Shown here piece after piece: positions 52,401-61,399 of a stretch of 64,000 bases of DNA. Source of the stretch: Antedon mediterranea (taxonomy: Eukaryota > Animalia > Echinodermata); assembly GCF_964355755.1 (NCBI RefSeq), contig NC_092673.1:22441648-22505647 (forward strand), given 5' to 3'. The notes beneath the pieces were generated by a model that made no database searches, was not told the DNA's origin, and saw nothing but the letters and a program-made list of their open reading frames with translations. Position numbers and translations under genes: made by a program. Position 1 is the stretch's first letter. Each line of letters begins with the position of its first letter.

Positions 52401-55400
52401 GTATACAGGACGATTTTTGTTGATATAAAGTTTGCGGTACACCACGTATATTAGTTCTGAAAATAACTGTTGAGATTCTCTTTTCAGAACTAATATAAGT
52501 GGTGTACTGCAAACTTTATATCAACATTTTATTTCGCCATGCAAACCTTCAAACAATATAGGACGATTTTTGCTTTAAAATCTGTAAACCATCATCAAAA
52601 TGTTATTACTCTTTAAACGTGTTAAAAGGATAAACTAATTACCACATAACCCAGGGTTGTTCTAATTGCATGCCTTATTTACCTACAGTAGCCTACAGGT
52701 ATTATGTGTTGAGATGTATTGTGTATTTCTCCAATAAGAAAAGCTGGTATTTCTCAATAGAATCTAACCTACACCCTCTACAGTTGCCCCTGGTGTGCAG
52801 ATAAAAATATTAATATTATTTTAATATTGAAAAAATGAATTAAAATATCTTCTAATATAAAATCAGTAGAGATCATATTAGTCAATCCATCGATGCAGTA
52901 ATTAATTCCTCCATGATTTTATCCTTGCAAATTAATTTACCAATTGGAAGTGTTTCCTGCCACTGTGCAAGTTTTCTTAATGAAGTAAACACCTCTATTT
53001 AGAGACAGACAAGAAAGCATGCCCTGCACCTCAACAATGAGTTCAAAGGCCAACTTAAGCTCTGTCTACACTATCAAACTTTATGTAACAAATTTTTAAC
53101 TTTTTTTGTCAAATGTATTTTAAAGAAATGTTATCATTTATACTGTAGAATACCCACTATAAAACGAAACTCTTATTTTAAGTAAATAGTACAGAATAAC
53201 CAGGAAATAAGATTTAGTATCCTTCTTTAAACAAACTAACAGATACTTATTAAGTGCAAAAACAGAAACAAAAAGGAAAACAAATTTTTATAAAGGCAAT
53301 CTAATTCTATACCTTGTTTATTTAACCTAAATTTTGTAATTTCTTCAGCTGAGGAAAAAAAATGAAAATGTAAATAAGAAATGGCACTCTGTAGCTTGGT
53401 GATTTACATTGCCTTCCAATCAAAGGGTCATAGGTCATGAAATAAACATTTTAAAAATACTGCATTTAAAGTCATTATTGCAGCTTCCAAATTTCTTTAA
53501 AAAATCCTACTATGTCGGTGTTTGACCTGTAAAAAGTTATCTCATGTTTGTCTACTTCCCATACCTGGTTTAAATACAATGGGAGTGCAGCATGCATCTA
53601 CTTATGTTTCCTATACATTTTGACTGACTATCAACTGAAAAGTCAACATGTACAAATTAGAAGCACTAGTTCTGTACATACAGTAAATGTGTGAATGCGT
53701 TTGTTTACTTGCACTAATACTGTTTACTTATACATGTGATTATTAACTCCAGTCTTACACCAGTACATGCTTTAATGACTGATTTCGACAGTAGTTAGCA
53801 GTAGTAGAGCAGACATGCATAAACATCCATTACTCAATTTGACCATAACAAACACTGTGATTTAATATTTATACTAATAGTCTAAGGATGATGGATTACA
53901 GACAGAATATGTACCATCTCCAAGTAGGATGATTTCTACATAGCACATGACATAACAAATTGAGTTATGCCACTCACGGTTGCCTGTGCACACTATGCTA
54001 ATGTGAGTCTGCCTATTTTCTTTCAAGAATTTGTTTTAGTATATATTTAGTATAGTTATGCTGTGGTCATCAGCCTTCCATACTTTAGTGGCGTTCCATA
54101 AAGCCACTGAGGGCTCTGCTGCGCTCTTTAGTTTATCAACAATGATAATGAATGTTTAAATAATGTGTTGCCTAAATACTAATGAAATAATTAGTATGTT
54201 CAATACTAGAAATTGTAATGGATCTCAAATACAACCTATGCTATGCCTCACACTATAATATTACATTACTATATTCAATTACTATTCTAAATTAAACAGA
54301 ATTATGCCAACGATAATGAGCATATTTAACATTATTGAAATTTATGATATATAATATTATTATATGCCAGACATAAACAATAAAGAAAATATACAAAATA
54401 AAATTTGAGATTCAAGGTATACAAAGCTAAGCTATTGGACATGGACTACTCTGACTCGCTATTAACTATCGTCTTTCATTTATAGGAAGCCAAAAGAAAA
54501 TTAATAGTATCTATAATTTATCATGACAAAACCAAAACTGGTTTAATAATCAATCTACAATATTAATTTGTATAAAAAAAATATAGTTTCAGTTTAACTA
54601 TTACTGGCAGTTACTAGTTAGTTTTATTATGTTTTATTTGATACATTACAGAAAACAAAAAGTTCTATTATGCAAAAAGATGGCAAAAGAAAAAATGGTG
54701 ATACTTAAGCAGTTTTTATTTTTTATTTGTTTTTATTTTATGTCTTTAGGCAATGTGGCCAAGGATTACCAATAGTAAATTAATCACTGTCCTATCAGAT
54801 AGGTGGTAATCCTCCTGATACAGGGGCTATTTTGTGAACCAGGTCACCGGGGTATCCCCCTACTTTTCTCGAATAATGAACTGGGTTCTTTAAAGTGCAC
54901 ACAGGTTATAACTGTGTATATTGGACCTATGGTTTATAGTCCTTATCCGAGAAGACTTGTTCCTCCACCGGAACTAGGAGCGAGTCGGCCTCAAACTCCT
55001 GCCGATATTGTGAAGCCAAAACTGAAAGTAGACAGAATTACGAACCTGTTTCATCTTCCGCAAACGAGCACAGACTATCTGGTGTCTGTGCCATTTTTGC
55101 GCTGTTTGCTGGTGATGACGGTAAACTTCGTTTCTTAACCCGTTGTGTCTCGCTTTCTAAACTCTGAACCCTGTACTGAATATCACTCTCAATCATTCCA
55201 CCAATTTGTGTCTGCAAAAATTTATAATTATTGAAGATCAAATGAATAGTTACATTTTTGTGAAAAATGTAAAAGAAATAATGTTGAATAACAAACAACC
55301 ACTTATTTAACGAAAATGACACTTGATGAAGCAAACCATTGACCAATAATTTAAAAAAAAATTGTTATCACTAACATGACAAAATGCATTAAAAAACATA

Positions 55401-58400
55401 ACTACAGTTTAGTTGAAAGTTTTAAGATATTTTGGATTTTTTAATTGAAAAATCGTTTGTTAAATAGAGCATTAGTGTTGTAGTTTGTGTTTTAGTTTGA
55501 TGGAAAAGATGCTTAGCTACCGATTCAAGAAATATGATGAAATTCTGTTTTTTCACTTTCAAAGACTTATTCAAGAGTGTATATTTGTCCTGAGAGGTAA
55601 TGCCACCTTTAAGAAGGATAGTAGAAGAAGGATAAGATTGGACAAGGATCATAATGACTATCGCAAAACAATTCGCACCACCAGACTAACAGAGAGAGAG
55701 AGTAAATGAATTTGCTTATAGTTATCCTTAGCAATTTGCCTAAATATCTATTAAAAAAAAACCAAATATTTCAATTGAATAAATGTTTTTACAAAATAAC
55801 CAACAAAAGGTTTTTGTTTTCTATTTTCTAACTTACAAACAGTTGATACTGCAAACATAACCTATATCACTCAGTGAAATGATGGATTTATGAATGATTT
55901 ATACATCATAACTAATAAAATATACTTAGAAATAAATACAATGTCAGGGTAAAGTCATGCTAGACGCGAATCGTAAAGCAAATTGGTAAAATAATGAAAT
56001 CAAACACTTTTTATAATTACAGCCTTTCGCACCAACATTTACTAAATCTGATTGATGATTTTAAGCTGGGTATACATTGTGATATTATACAAGTGTTTCT
56101 ATGAATCTCATTCATTCATTTATAAGACTTATCTTCTAAATGTGCAATTATATATCATCATTATCATAATACAGTAAATAAATAAACAGTATAAGTAAAT
56201 AGCAACCTATAACTTATTTTGATCTCCGTCCACACTTCTTTGCATTCTATCATTATAACTCTGTATTCAATGTTGGTTATTTTAAGAGGAAGATTATGTG
56301 TTCACTTCAGCCTGCATAACCTGTTTTTTTAATATACATTTTGAATTGAAATTGTTTATGACATGCTGATCTATGTTTTTACATATTTATATATTTATAT
56401 CTGTATTTTATTGTTTTTGATGATGATGTTTCAAACCTGTTAGTGGCGGTAATTATCATAATAGTGTGGAGAAACCAAATAAACAAACAAATAAACTTCT
56501 CCTAAGATTGTCAACTGTATATAAACTAAAATACATATATTATTTTCTATAACACTTGCACTGATAAAGGGCTAAGGTTTCCCAAACGCTCTGCAAATAT
56601 TTCTGGCTGTTTTACTTTATTGTTTTCTTTTTTTTCTTTTGTATCTCCATTGAGATCCAGAAGTACCTTTGTCATATTTTCAGCAGTTTGCCTTTGGATT
56701 TTATATACTATAATACTATATATATATGTAACATAAAATAACTTGTTATTCACTATGTGTTTTACCTGTTCTAGCTCAAGATAAAATGTTTCTCGTATAG
56801 GCTTTTTACTGAAGTACCAGAATCGTTCATTTTGTTGATATATCCGTACACGTGTTTCAATTATGAATCGTACCGGTTCTTGAATTCCAGCTATCACTAA
56901 GTCAACTGCTACAGTCATGTACACGTAGCCTAGAAAATAGAACAAAGTGTTGCCAGCATTTATATTGGTGTTTTTGCTATTTTATAGAGGATAGAGGAAA
57001 CAAAGGAAATAGAGAATAAATTAGCCTCCAAGGTGAATTTGGTTTAATTGAATCAAAAACTTGAAAAGATTCCATTGAAATGAACAATAAAATATTTAAA
57101 TTCAATACTCTATTTAATTAATGTGAAGCATCTACATATGTAACATAAATAATTTTTTCGTATTTCATTATTTTTTTAAATATATTTAATTACTATAACA
57201 ACTCTATATAATGAAAGAGAAGCAATGAATATGAAACTGAATAATATTATTTTGTGACTCCAATTCTAGAAGAAGAAAAACATAACCACGAAGTTAGCAT
57301 CTAAAAAGTGACAAAATCAAACACTTGGTTCCAAAATAGATCAAATAGAAGATGTCTTTTCAAACCCATTCACAAGTTGGTATTGTACAAGACTTTTTGG
57401 TGTAAATCGAGTCTAGACTGCCATATTAAGTTAAAAAGCAATTCTTACAAATGTATGGAGGACAGTCCTATAATATACAAAGCATTTTACCTTGCGGTGT
57501 CTCTGTGTTTAAGATTTCAAATTCTTGCTGTGTTGGATGCCAGTAACTCTTAAGTTGGTATGATTTAGCATCACTACTTTGCTTCATCGAAACCTGCAAG
57601 TTAAAATTGCGTCATATATTTAATAATATGCTTTATGTATGGAAACAAGATGACAAGACAGTGCAGAAAAAAAGAATGACTTAGAGCCAGGAGAGACAAC
57701 TAAGGGCAAATAGAGATAGTATGAAATTGAAGACAAATGAGGGCTGGGAAGAAAGATAGTCCAATCAACAAGGACATCAGCAGATAGAAAAAGATGACAA
57801 GTCGGTAGGGAGTAATGAATTCCATGTTTTTATTTGGAGTAAATGGTTTGTTTCTAAAGTAAATAATAGTAATAAGAAGTGGAGTGAAAAATGTATCCAT
57901 CTAAAGCTCTGCCTACACTATCAAACTAGTTTGACAAAAAAGTGTGATGTGCCAGACAGAGCTTAAGAAAATTATATTTCAAAAAATATTAAAATATAAA
58001 CACAAATAAAATATTGTTGGTATTCATATTTGAGTTAGTGGATGAGGCATATTTAGTGTTTTTAAAAAGGTTGTTGCTTGGTTCAAAACAATCATTTTTC
58101 ATCTTATTTTCTTTGTGACTTTAGAATGGTCTCTTGATCTTAGAATTAATGTTTAGCTTGGTATACTGTAATAACTAGCATTTATCATGTTATTAACCTT
58201 GGTGTTAGAAATAGATATCTAACTTCTAAAACGTCAACAACCATCACACTACTTAAGTGCTGGTATGTGATAATGTTAATTCTAACTATCTAAAATCACA
58301 CTTGACAACTACAATATCATTCAAGCATCATGCGTTACATCTAATACTACTATCCATAATTAACATCAAATCACAATCATTATCAAGTTATTTTAATCAT

Positions 58401-59605
58401 TAATTATTAATTACAGATTCAGCAAAGGGTCTCTGGTAGCTCCAGCCTTCTAGAACAATTCTAGTGAATTCAATCACCTAAAGTAAAATCAGAGATTTCT
58501 TGGCTGGAAGTGAGACCTTTTCTTCCCCACCCCTTCCCCTGTTTATTTTAGAGATACTTTCTTAATGATGCATTTTGTTAAAAGACTTACAAACTTGGAA
58601 AAATGAAATATCGGGAGGTTTTATTAAACTATAGAAGATTATAATTATAATACATTAAACAATAGAGGGTGCTATTAAAAACCTAAAGTTATTGGCATCT
58701 GTAATTGTAAATGTGGGTACGTCAGGCTTGCCAAAGGCAAAAATGCAGTACCAACTCATTATTTCACTAATTAAACAACACATGCATTAATTAAAAACAT
58801 TTTAAGGACCGATATTAGTATGTTTTCTATTTTCTTATCAAAATCTAGAGCTATACTAGAAATTATAAATTTATACATATAAAAAATTGTATTTTAGCGC
58901 ATGAGGTGTTCTATAGCACATTCTATCTGTTTCTTTACCAAATCTAACCCTGAACACTGACTTATAGTATTTACCATATCTAGTAGATGCATATGCCTGT
59001 CTGGTACATCTCGACCTGGGCTGATGAGGAGTCCAAAACATCTACAAAAATCATAAATGAAAGTAAGTGACATCTCATCATATGAAAGTGCATGTGATTG
59101 CAACGTAACATACTGTATGTCCTCATTTGACAAAAAAAAATATAGTAAAGTAAATTCTTCTAGTTGGGTTGCTCATTTTGCTTGTTAGATTTTTAGCAAA
59201 AGTTTGCTAGTAAAGAAAAAAGTAACTTTTTGCTGTGGTAGAATATGTTATAACCTGAATGACAGGTAAATTGCCTCATTTATAATCTATCTAAAGTCTA
59301 TATAAAGTCTTTATACATAAAGTAACATACCTTTCGATTGGCAACGGTCTGTCTCTATGATGGATCGTAATGATCACTTCTTTTTTTAGGTTCTGCCGTA
59401 ACTTGAAGCATTTCTTTTCTCGTGGAACGTGAGTGAAGCCACCTTTGCCATCATCTTCCTTAATATCTAGCGTGACTGGAATGACAAAACTGAGAAGCGG
59501 CTCACTTGGAGTCAATGGGAATGTTGATATGGATGAGTCCATCACGTCGGGGCTTCTTGGTACACGTCGGAATGCCAAACCAAAACATTGTAAAATCTTG
59601 TGCAC
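28116..59605 (-). CDS. RABGAP1: Rab GTPase-activating protein 1 (RABGAP1/RABGAP1L, GAPCenA), 5'-partial; exons 59331-59605, 58975-59041, 57491-57593, 56766-56929, 55046-55211, 51942-52186, 37405-37518, 36722-36796, 35283-35408, 34769-34954, 34256-34384, 33669-33752, 31904-32014, 29533-29637, 28841-28996, 28116-28430
   Basis: DUF3694-type region ([38 protein letters not shown]), TBC domain ([40 protein letters not shown]), coiled coils and C-terminus ([18 protein letters not shown]...NSWL). 807 codons, phase-consistent GT-AG introns. Confidence 0.95.
28841..28996 (-). CDS. RABGAP1: RABGAP1 exon (coiled coil)
   Basis: [11 protein letters not shown]...[20 protein letters not shown]; AG/GT flanks. 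Confidence 0.9.
29038..29234. mobile_element. Harbinger-type MITE family A copy with expanded internal repeats
   Basis: Same TIRs; four atatcactnccntattt units. Confidence 0.75.
29533..29637 (-). CDS. RABGAP1: RABGAP1 exon (coiled coil)
   Basis: 35 codons, phase 0-0. Confidence 0.85.
29853..30470 (+). repeat. Tandem array (about 4 x 150-170 bp) of degenerate SINE 5'/core segments
   Basis: Repeated gagtgg(c/t)taa...caggttca...ggtggtagaac...ggaggcccagtgtatac...ctagtgcatcttttgtcaagtcaagg. Confidence 0.65.
30472..31670 (-). mobile_element. 5'-truncated non-LTR retrotransposon (CR1/L2 superfamily); RT C-terminal ORF 30696-31670, 3' UTR hairpin, (AAATG)n tail
   Basis: [52 protein letters not shown]; 11-bp stem cagggattgcg/cgcaatccctg; cattt repeats at about 30472-30498. 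Confidence 0.92.
31672..31890 (+). mobile_element. Deu/Nin-domain SINE fragment
   Basis: gtgcactttaaagaacc...tttcggaagagtagggggttacccaggtg resembles the DeuSINE central domain; same family inverted at about 54745-54990. Confidence 0.6.
31904..32014 (-). CDS. RABGAP1: RABGAP1 exon (coiled coil)
   Basis: [24 protein letters not shown]. Confidence 0.9.
32804..32946. mobile_element. Harbinger-type MITE family A copy (degenerate)
   Basis: Same TIRs and internal motifs. Confidence 0.65.
32963..33130 (+). mobile_element. tRNA-derived SINE copy
   Basis: Matches 6685-6900. Confidence 0.7.
33669..33752 (-). CDS. RABGAP1: RABGAP1 exon
   Basis: [13 protein letters not shown]...DPVERLE. Confidence 0.9.
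34076..34216. mobile_element. Harbinger-type MITE family A copy
   Basis: Same TIRs; TWA flanks. Confidence 0.75.
34256..34384 (-). CDS. RABGAP1: RABGAP1 exon
   Basis: [18 protein letters not shown]. Confidence 0.92.
34769..34954 (-). CDS. RABGAP1: RABGAP1 exon (TBC)
   Basis: [17 protein letters not shown]. Confidence 0.95.
35283..35408 (-). CDS. RABGAP1: RABGAP1 exon (TBC)
   Basis: [19 protein letters not shown]. Confidence 0.95.
36005..36775 (-). repeat. 151-160-bp tandem repeat, about 5 units, each containing the 3' half of a RABGAP1 exon and its donor region
   Basis: acatgtag...aacagcacctaagaa recurs at 36101, 36252, 36403, 36560 and in the real exon at 36720. Confidence 0.9.
36722..36796 (-). 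CDS. RABGAP1: RABGAP1 exon (TBC glutamine finger)
   Basis: [25 protein letters not shown]; tag|...|gtaagt. Confidence 0.93.
36932..37120. mobile_element. Harbinger-type MITE (family B)
   Basis: TIR aggccaa(c)tttacacagacaa / ttgtctgtgtaaattggcct; one end also at about 32390-32425. Confidence 0.7.
37405..37518 (-). CDS. RABGAP1: RABGAP1 exon (TBC arginine finger)
   Basis: [24 protein letters not shown]...LYKISK. Confidence 0.93.
38241..38437. mobile_element. MITE with TTAA TSD (Kolobok-like)
   Basis: ttaa|ggatatattgtccccc...gggggacaatacatct|ttaa; related sequence at about 1930-2185, 10150-10300 and 40139-40385. Confidence 0.65.
43380..43975. mobile_element. MITE with internal acacctctatt repeats, interrupted by an L2 fragment
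   Basis: About 8 units of gacacctctatt at 43392-43540, resuming at about 43805; related sequence at about 23025 and 63898. Confidence 0.55.
43541..43800 (-). mobile_element. L2-type LINE 3' end remnant
   Basis: - strand reads ...[18 protein letters not shown]...FKSLLKTHL, then gcgctatataaat and a (TTGA)n tail. Confidence 0.8.
44369..44405. mobile_element. Probable transposon excision footprint (P-element-like)
   Basis: GTACAAG + palindrome CATAGAGATAT-A-ATATCTCTATG + GTACAAG. Confidence 0.6.
48062..49099 (+). CDS. GPR21: Class A orphan GPCR, GPR21/GPR52 co-orthologue, 345 aa, single coding exon nested in a RABGAP1 intron
   Basis: Seven hydrophobic segments; family-typical strings [55 protein letters not shown] (NCxIY instead of NPxxY); N-glycosylation sequons in the N-terminus; acceptor at 47880 upstream and AATAAA at about 49139. 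Confidence 0.88.
   Translation: MYDNYSDSINISNITNISDDSANNDFKPTRLLVSFLVLTAMILIICGNLIVITVFHYTPSLRNPNTVFITSLAIADLGVGISCLFSVYALFTGEKLNTYLCQAIGFFLTVVVGVSIMTLGCISIDRYIAVTKPLKYTYIMTKKRTRVISVCVWILSVAIFSPSLFGWGNYEFNDYTYECRLKWDIDVQFSFYVLSVLVFPNIVISSFCYYHIYKACRRQVKKHITQMENFSVDDTTGASDRESNRKVQERAVAKIFLVIVSAFYFTWLPFIIIRILEGIIPNIDIPNLVSFLTAWMGIFNSFLNCLIYSISHKSFQAGLKALLKTIKDDCIYYCRKHTAKCCNRV
49565..50649. mobile_element. PIF/Harbinger-type non-autonomous transposon, about 1.1 kb
   Basis: About 40-bp near-perfect TIRs ggccctgttcagacccatggcgttagaccgttttagcgtac; 3-bp TSD ATA. Confidence 0.85.
51942..52186 (-). CDS. RABGAP1: RABGAP1 exon (TBC start)
   Basis: [10 protein letters not shown]...[14 protein letters not shown]...YRRLIVK. 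Confidence 0.95.
52419..52525. repeat. Fold-back inverted repeat (about 45-bp arms, 16-bp spacer)
   Basis: gttgatataaagtttgcggtacaccacgtatattagttctgaaaa / ttttcagaactaatataagtggtgtactgcaaactttatatcaac. Confidence 0.85.
54745..54995 (-). mobile_element. Deu/Nin-domain SINE
   Basis: Reverse complement reads gtgcactttaaagaacccagt...aagtagggggataccccggtgacctgg; its 3' tail recurs in + orientation at about 63758-63842. Confidence 0.65.
55046..55211 (-). CDS. RABGAP1: RABGAP1 exon
   Basis: [12 protein letters not shown]...; phase 0-1. Confidence 0.85.
56766..56929 (-). CDS. RABGAP1: RABGAP1 exon
   Basis: [21 protein letters not shown]...NERFWYF. Confidence 0.93.
57491..57593 (-). CDS. RABGAP1: RABGAP1 exon
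   Basis: [15 protein letters not shown]...LNTETPQ. Confidence 0.88.
57905..57964. mobile_element. Internally deleted Harbinger-type MITE family A copy
   Basis: agctctgcctacactatcaaact...gacagagct. Confidence 0.6.
58975..59041 (-). CDS. RABGAP1: RABGAP1 exon
   Basis: [22 protein letters not shown]. Confidence 0.92.
59331..59605 (-). CDS. RABGAP1: RABGAP1 exon
   Basis: [26 protein letters not shown]. Confidence 0.92.
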
Positions 59606-61254
59606 CTACAAAACATGTAAAGAATAGTACATCATAAGGTGATCTTCAGTATACCTTCATATCACCTATCATCATTGTGAGAAATCCTGTTATTTATACC
59701 CATTTTTTGTTGTTGCAGTGATGAGTTCAAATCTAGTTTAAAATATTTATATAATGCTTTATCTTTAGATAAATGAAGGTTTATATCTGACACTTCCAAT
59801 TTACAATGACTATATTGAAGGACTCCCTCTATAGTACAACTGCAAAGAAAACTCTCTCTCTTGTGAAACTGTAGAGAAAATGAACTGATTAGTAGATTAA
59901 TGCAATGACTTTTAAACCAATTGTTAAAATTAAAATGCTAAACAAATAAAATGAAATATCCCACCAAATAAAACAAAAATAAAATAATCTTTTGGCAATA
60001 CAAAACAAAAATATACCCATTCATTAATGTTAGATCGAAGTAGATGGAAGTCTACTGATTTAAATGAAAAAGTAATTTAAACTAGAGATTCATTCTTACT
60101 CATTGTTAATATTTAGTATTAAACGCATGTAGTTTTTAAATTACTACTAAACAATGCTAATTGCACACAAATGAAAGAAACCAAATTGGTACCAACCTAC
60201 ATGACATAATACTGATAACCATTACACTTTTGACTGTTGGTTAAATTATATTTTATTCATTACATTTGACCAGGTACAAAGGTCTACAGTAAACTACGGC
60301 ACAATCAAGTGGTCATTGAGACGTATAAAAAAAACCCATTTTTAATGGAGTGCAATTATTATTATGCTACAGTGATTTCCTTCTCATTTGCATGCAAAAG
60401 CTATTCTATTGAATTATTATCCCCACCCAAGACTGAAATAAAAATGCAAACAAAATAGTTTGTACAGCCGGGAATTTAACAAAAATAAAAATTCTTAAAA
60501 AACATATTTTTTGCTATAATAAATAATTTGCTTTCTTTAAGCTTATTTGTTTCACCAATTGTAATAACCTCTCTTGTTTTATATTATATTACTCAATCAA
60601 TTTTTAATCTGTTTTACAGTTTCAGAAATAGCTTATTGTACGTATTGTATTTTATGAATAGTAAAATTATTCTTCTATTACATAGGTTTTATATTTTAAC
60701 TTTTATTTTACTTTCAATTGACAACATTTTGTATCAATTAGCAGATGTTCAAAGCATGGAAAGTTTCTTTTCCACAACAAATTATATTTTATTTAAAAAT
60801 TATTATTATTAGACTGCCCATGACTCCCTAGATATTGTTTAATTTTATGTAGCGCCACCAGCAGTTTGGATTTTTTGTACCGAACTAGTGATTCTAGTAT
60901 AAATATGAACAAGCCATGTATGACAAAATGTTTTTATCTTTTTAAGCATATTTACGCTGAACTAGAACCTAGACTACAGTCTGTTATAAAAAAATTATTA
61001 AAAAAATAAAAATATTGTTATGGATGGCTGCTAAAAACAAGAGCTTTGAAATTAGTGATTTAAAAGTACATGCTGCAAATAAAAATGTTTGTTATGTTTG
61101 CTGCCCTCTATTTACCTTATTAGTTGCATAACCTCCCGACATCTTCTGAAAACATAAGCGTGTAAATAAAAAAATAATTAAATCGACAGAATTGTCAACT
61201 TTTGGTGAAAAGAATTTTTACCAAAATATGTTATAAACACACAGAATGCAGTCA

Positions 61255-61399
61255 AGCTTGTTCCCACTAGGCTGCAACACAACGGAAGTGAGTTGAACAA
61301 TCACAAGTCACAGTTTGAATGATCCATCGCGTTGTGATTGGTCAAATTACTTGCGGCATGCTTATGTCCTTGCATTGCATCCAAGTAGGAACCAAGCTT
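61255..61399. mobile_element. Small Harbinger-like MITE
   Basis: aagcttgttcccactag / caagtaggaaccaagctt with internal caatcacaa/ttgtgattg symmetry. Confidence 0.55.

Noticed and set aside
54084-54125. Further candidate RABGAP1 exon ([13 protein letters not shown])
   Set aside because: Weak AAG acceptor and an in-frame stop; cannot be supported without RNA data
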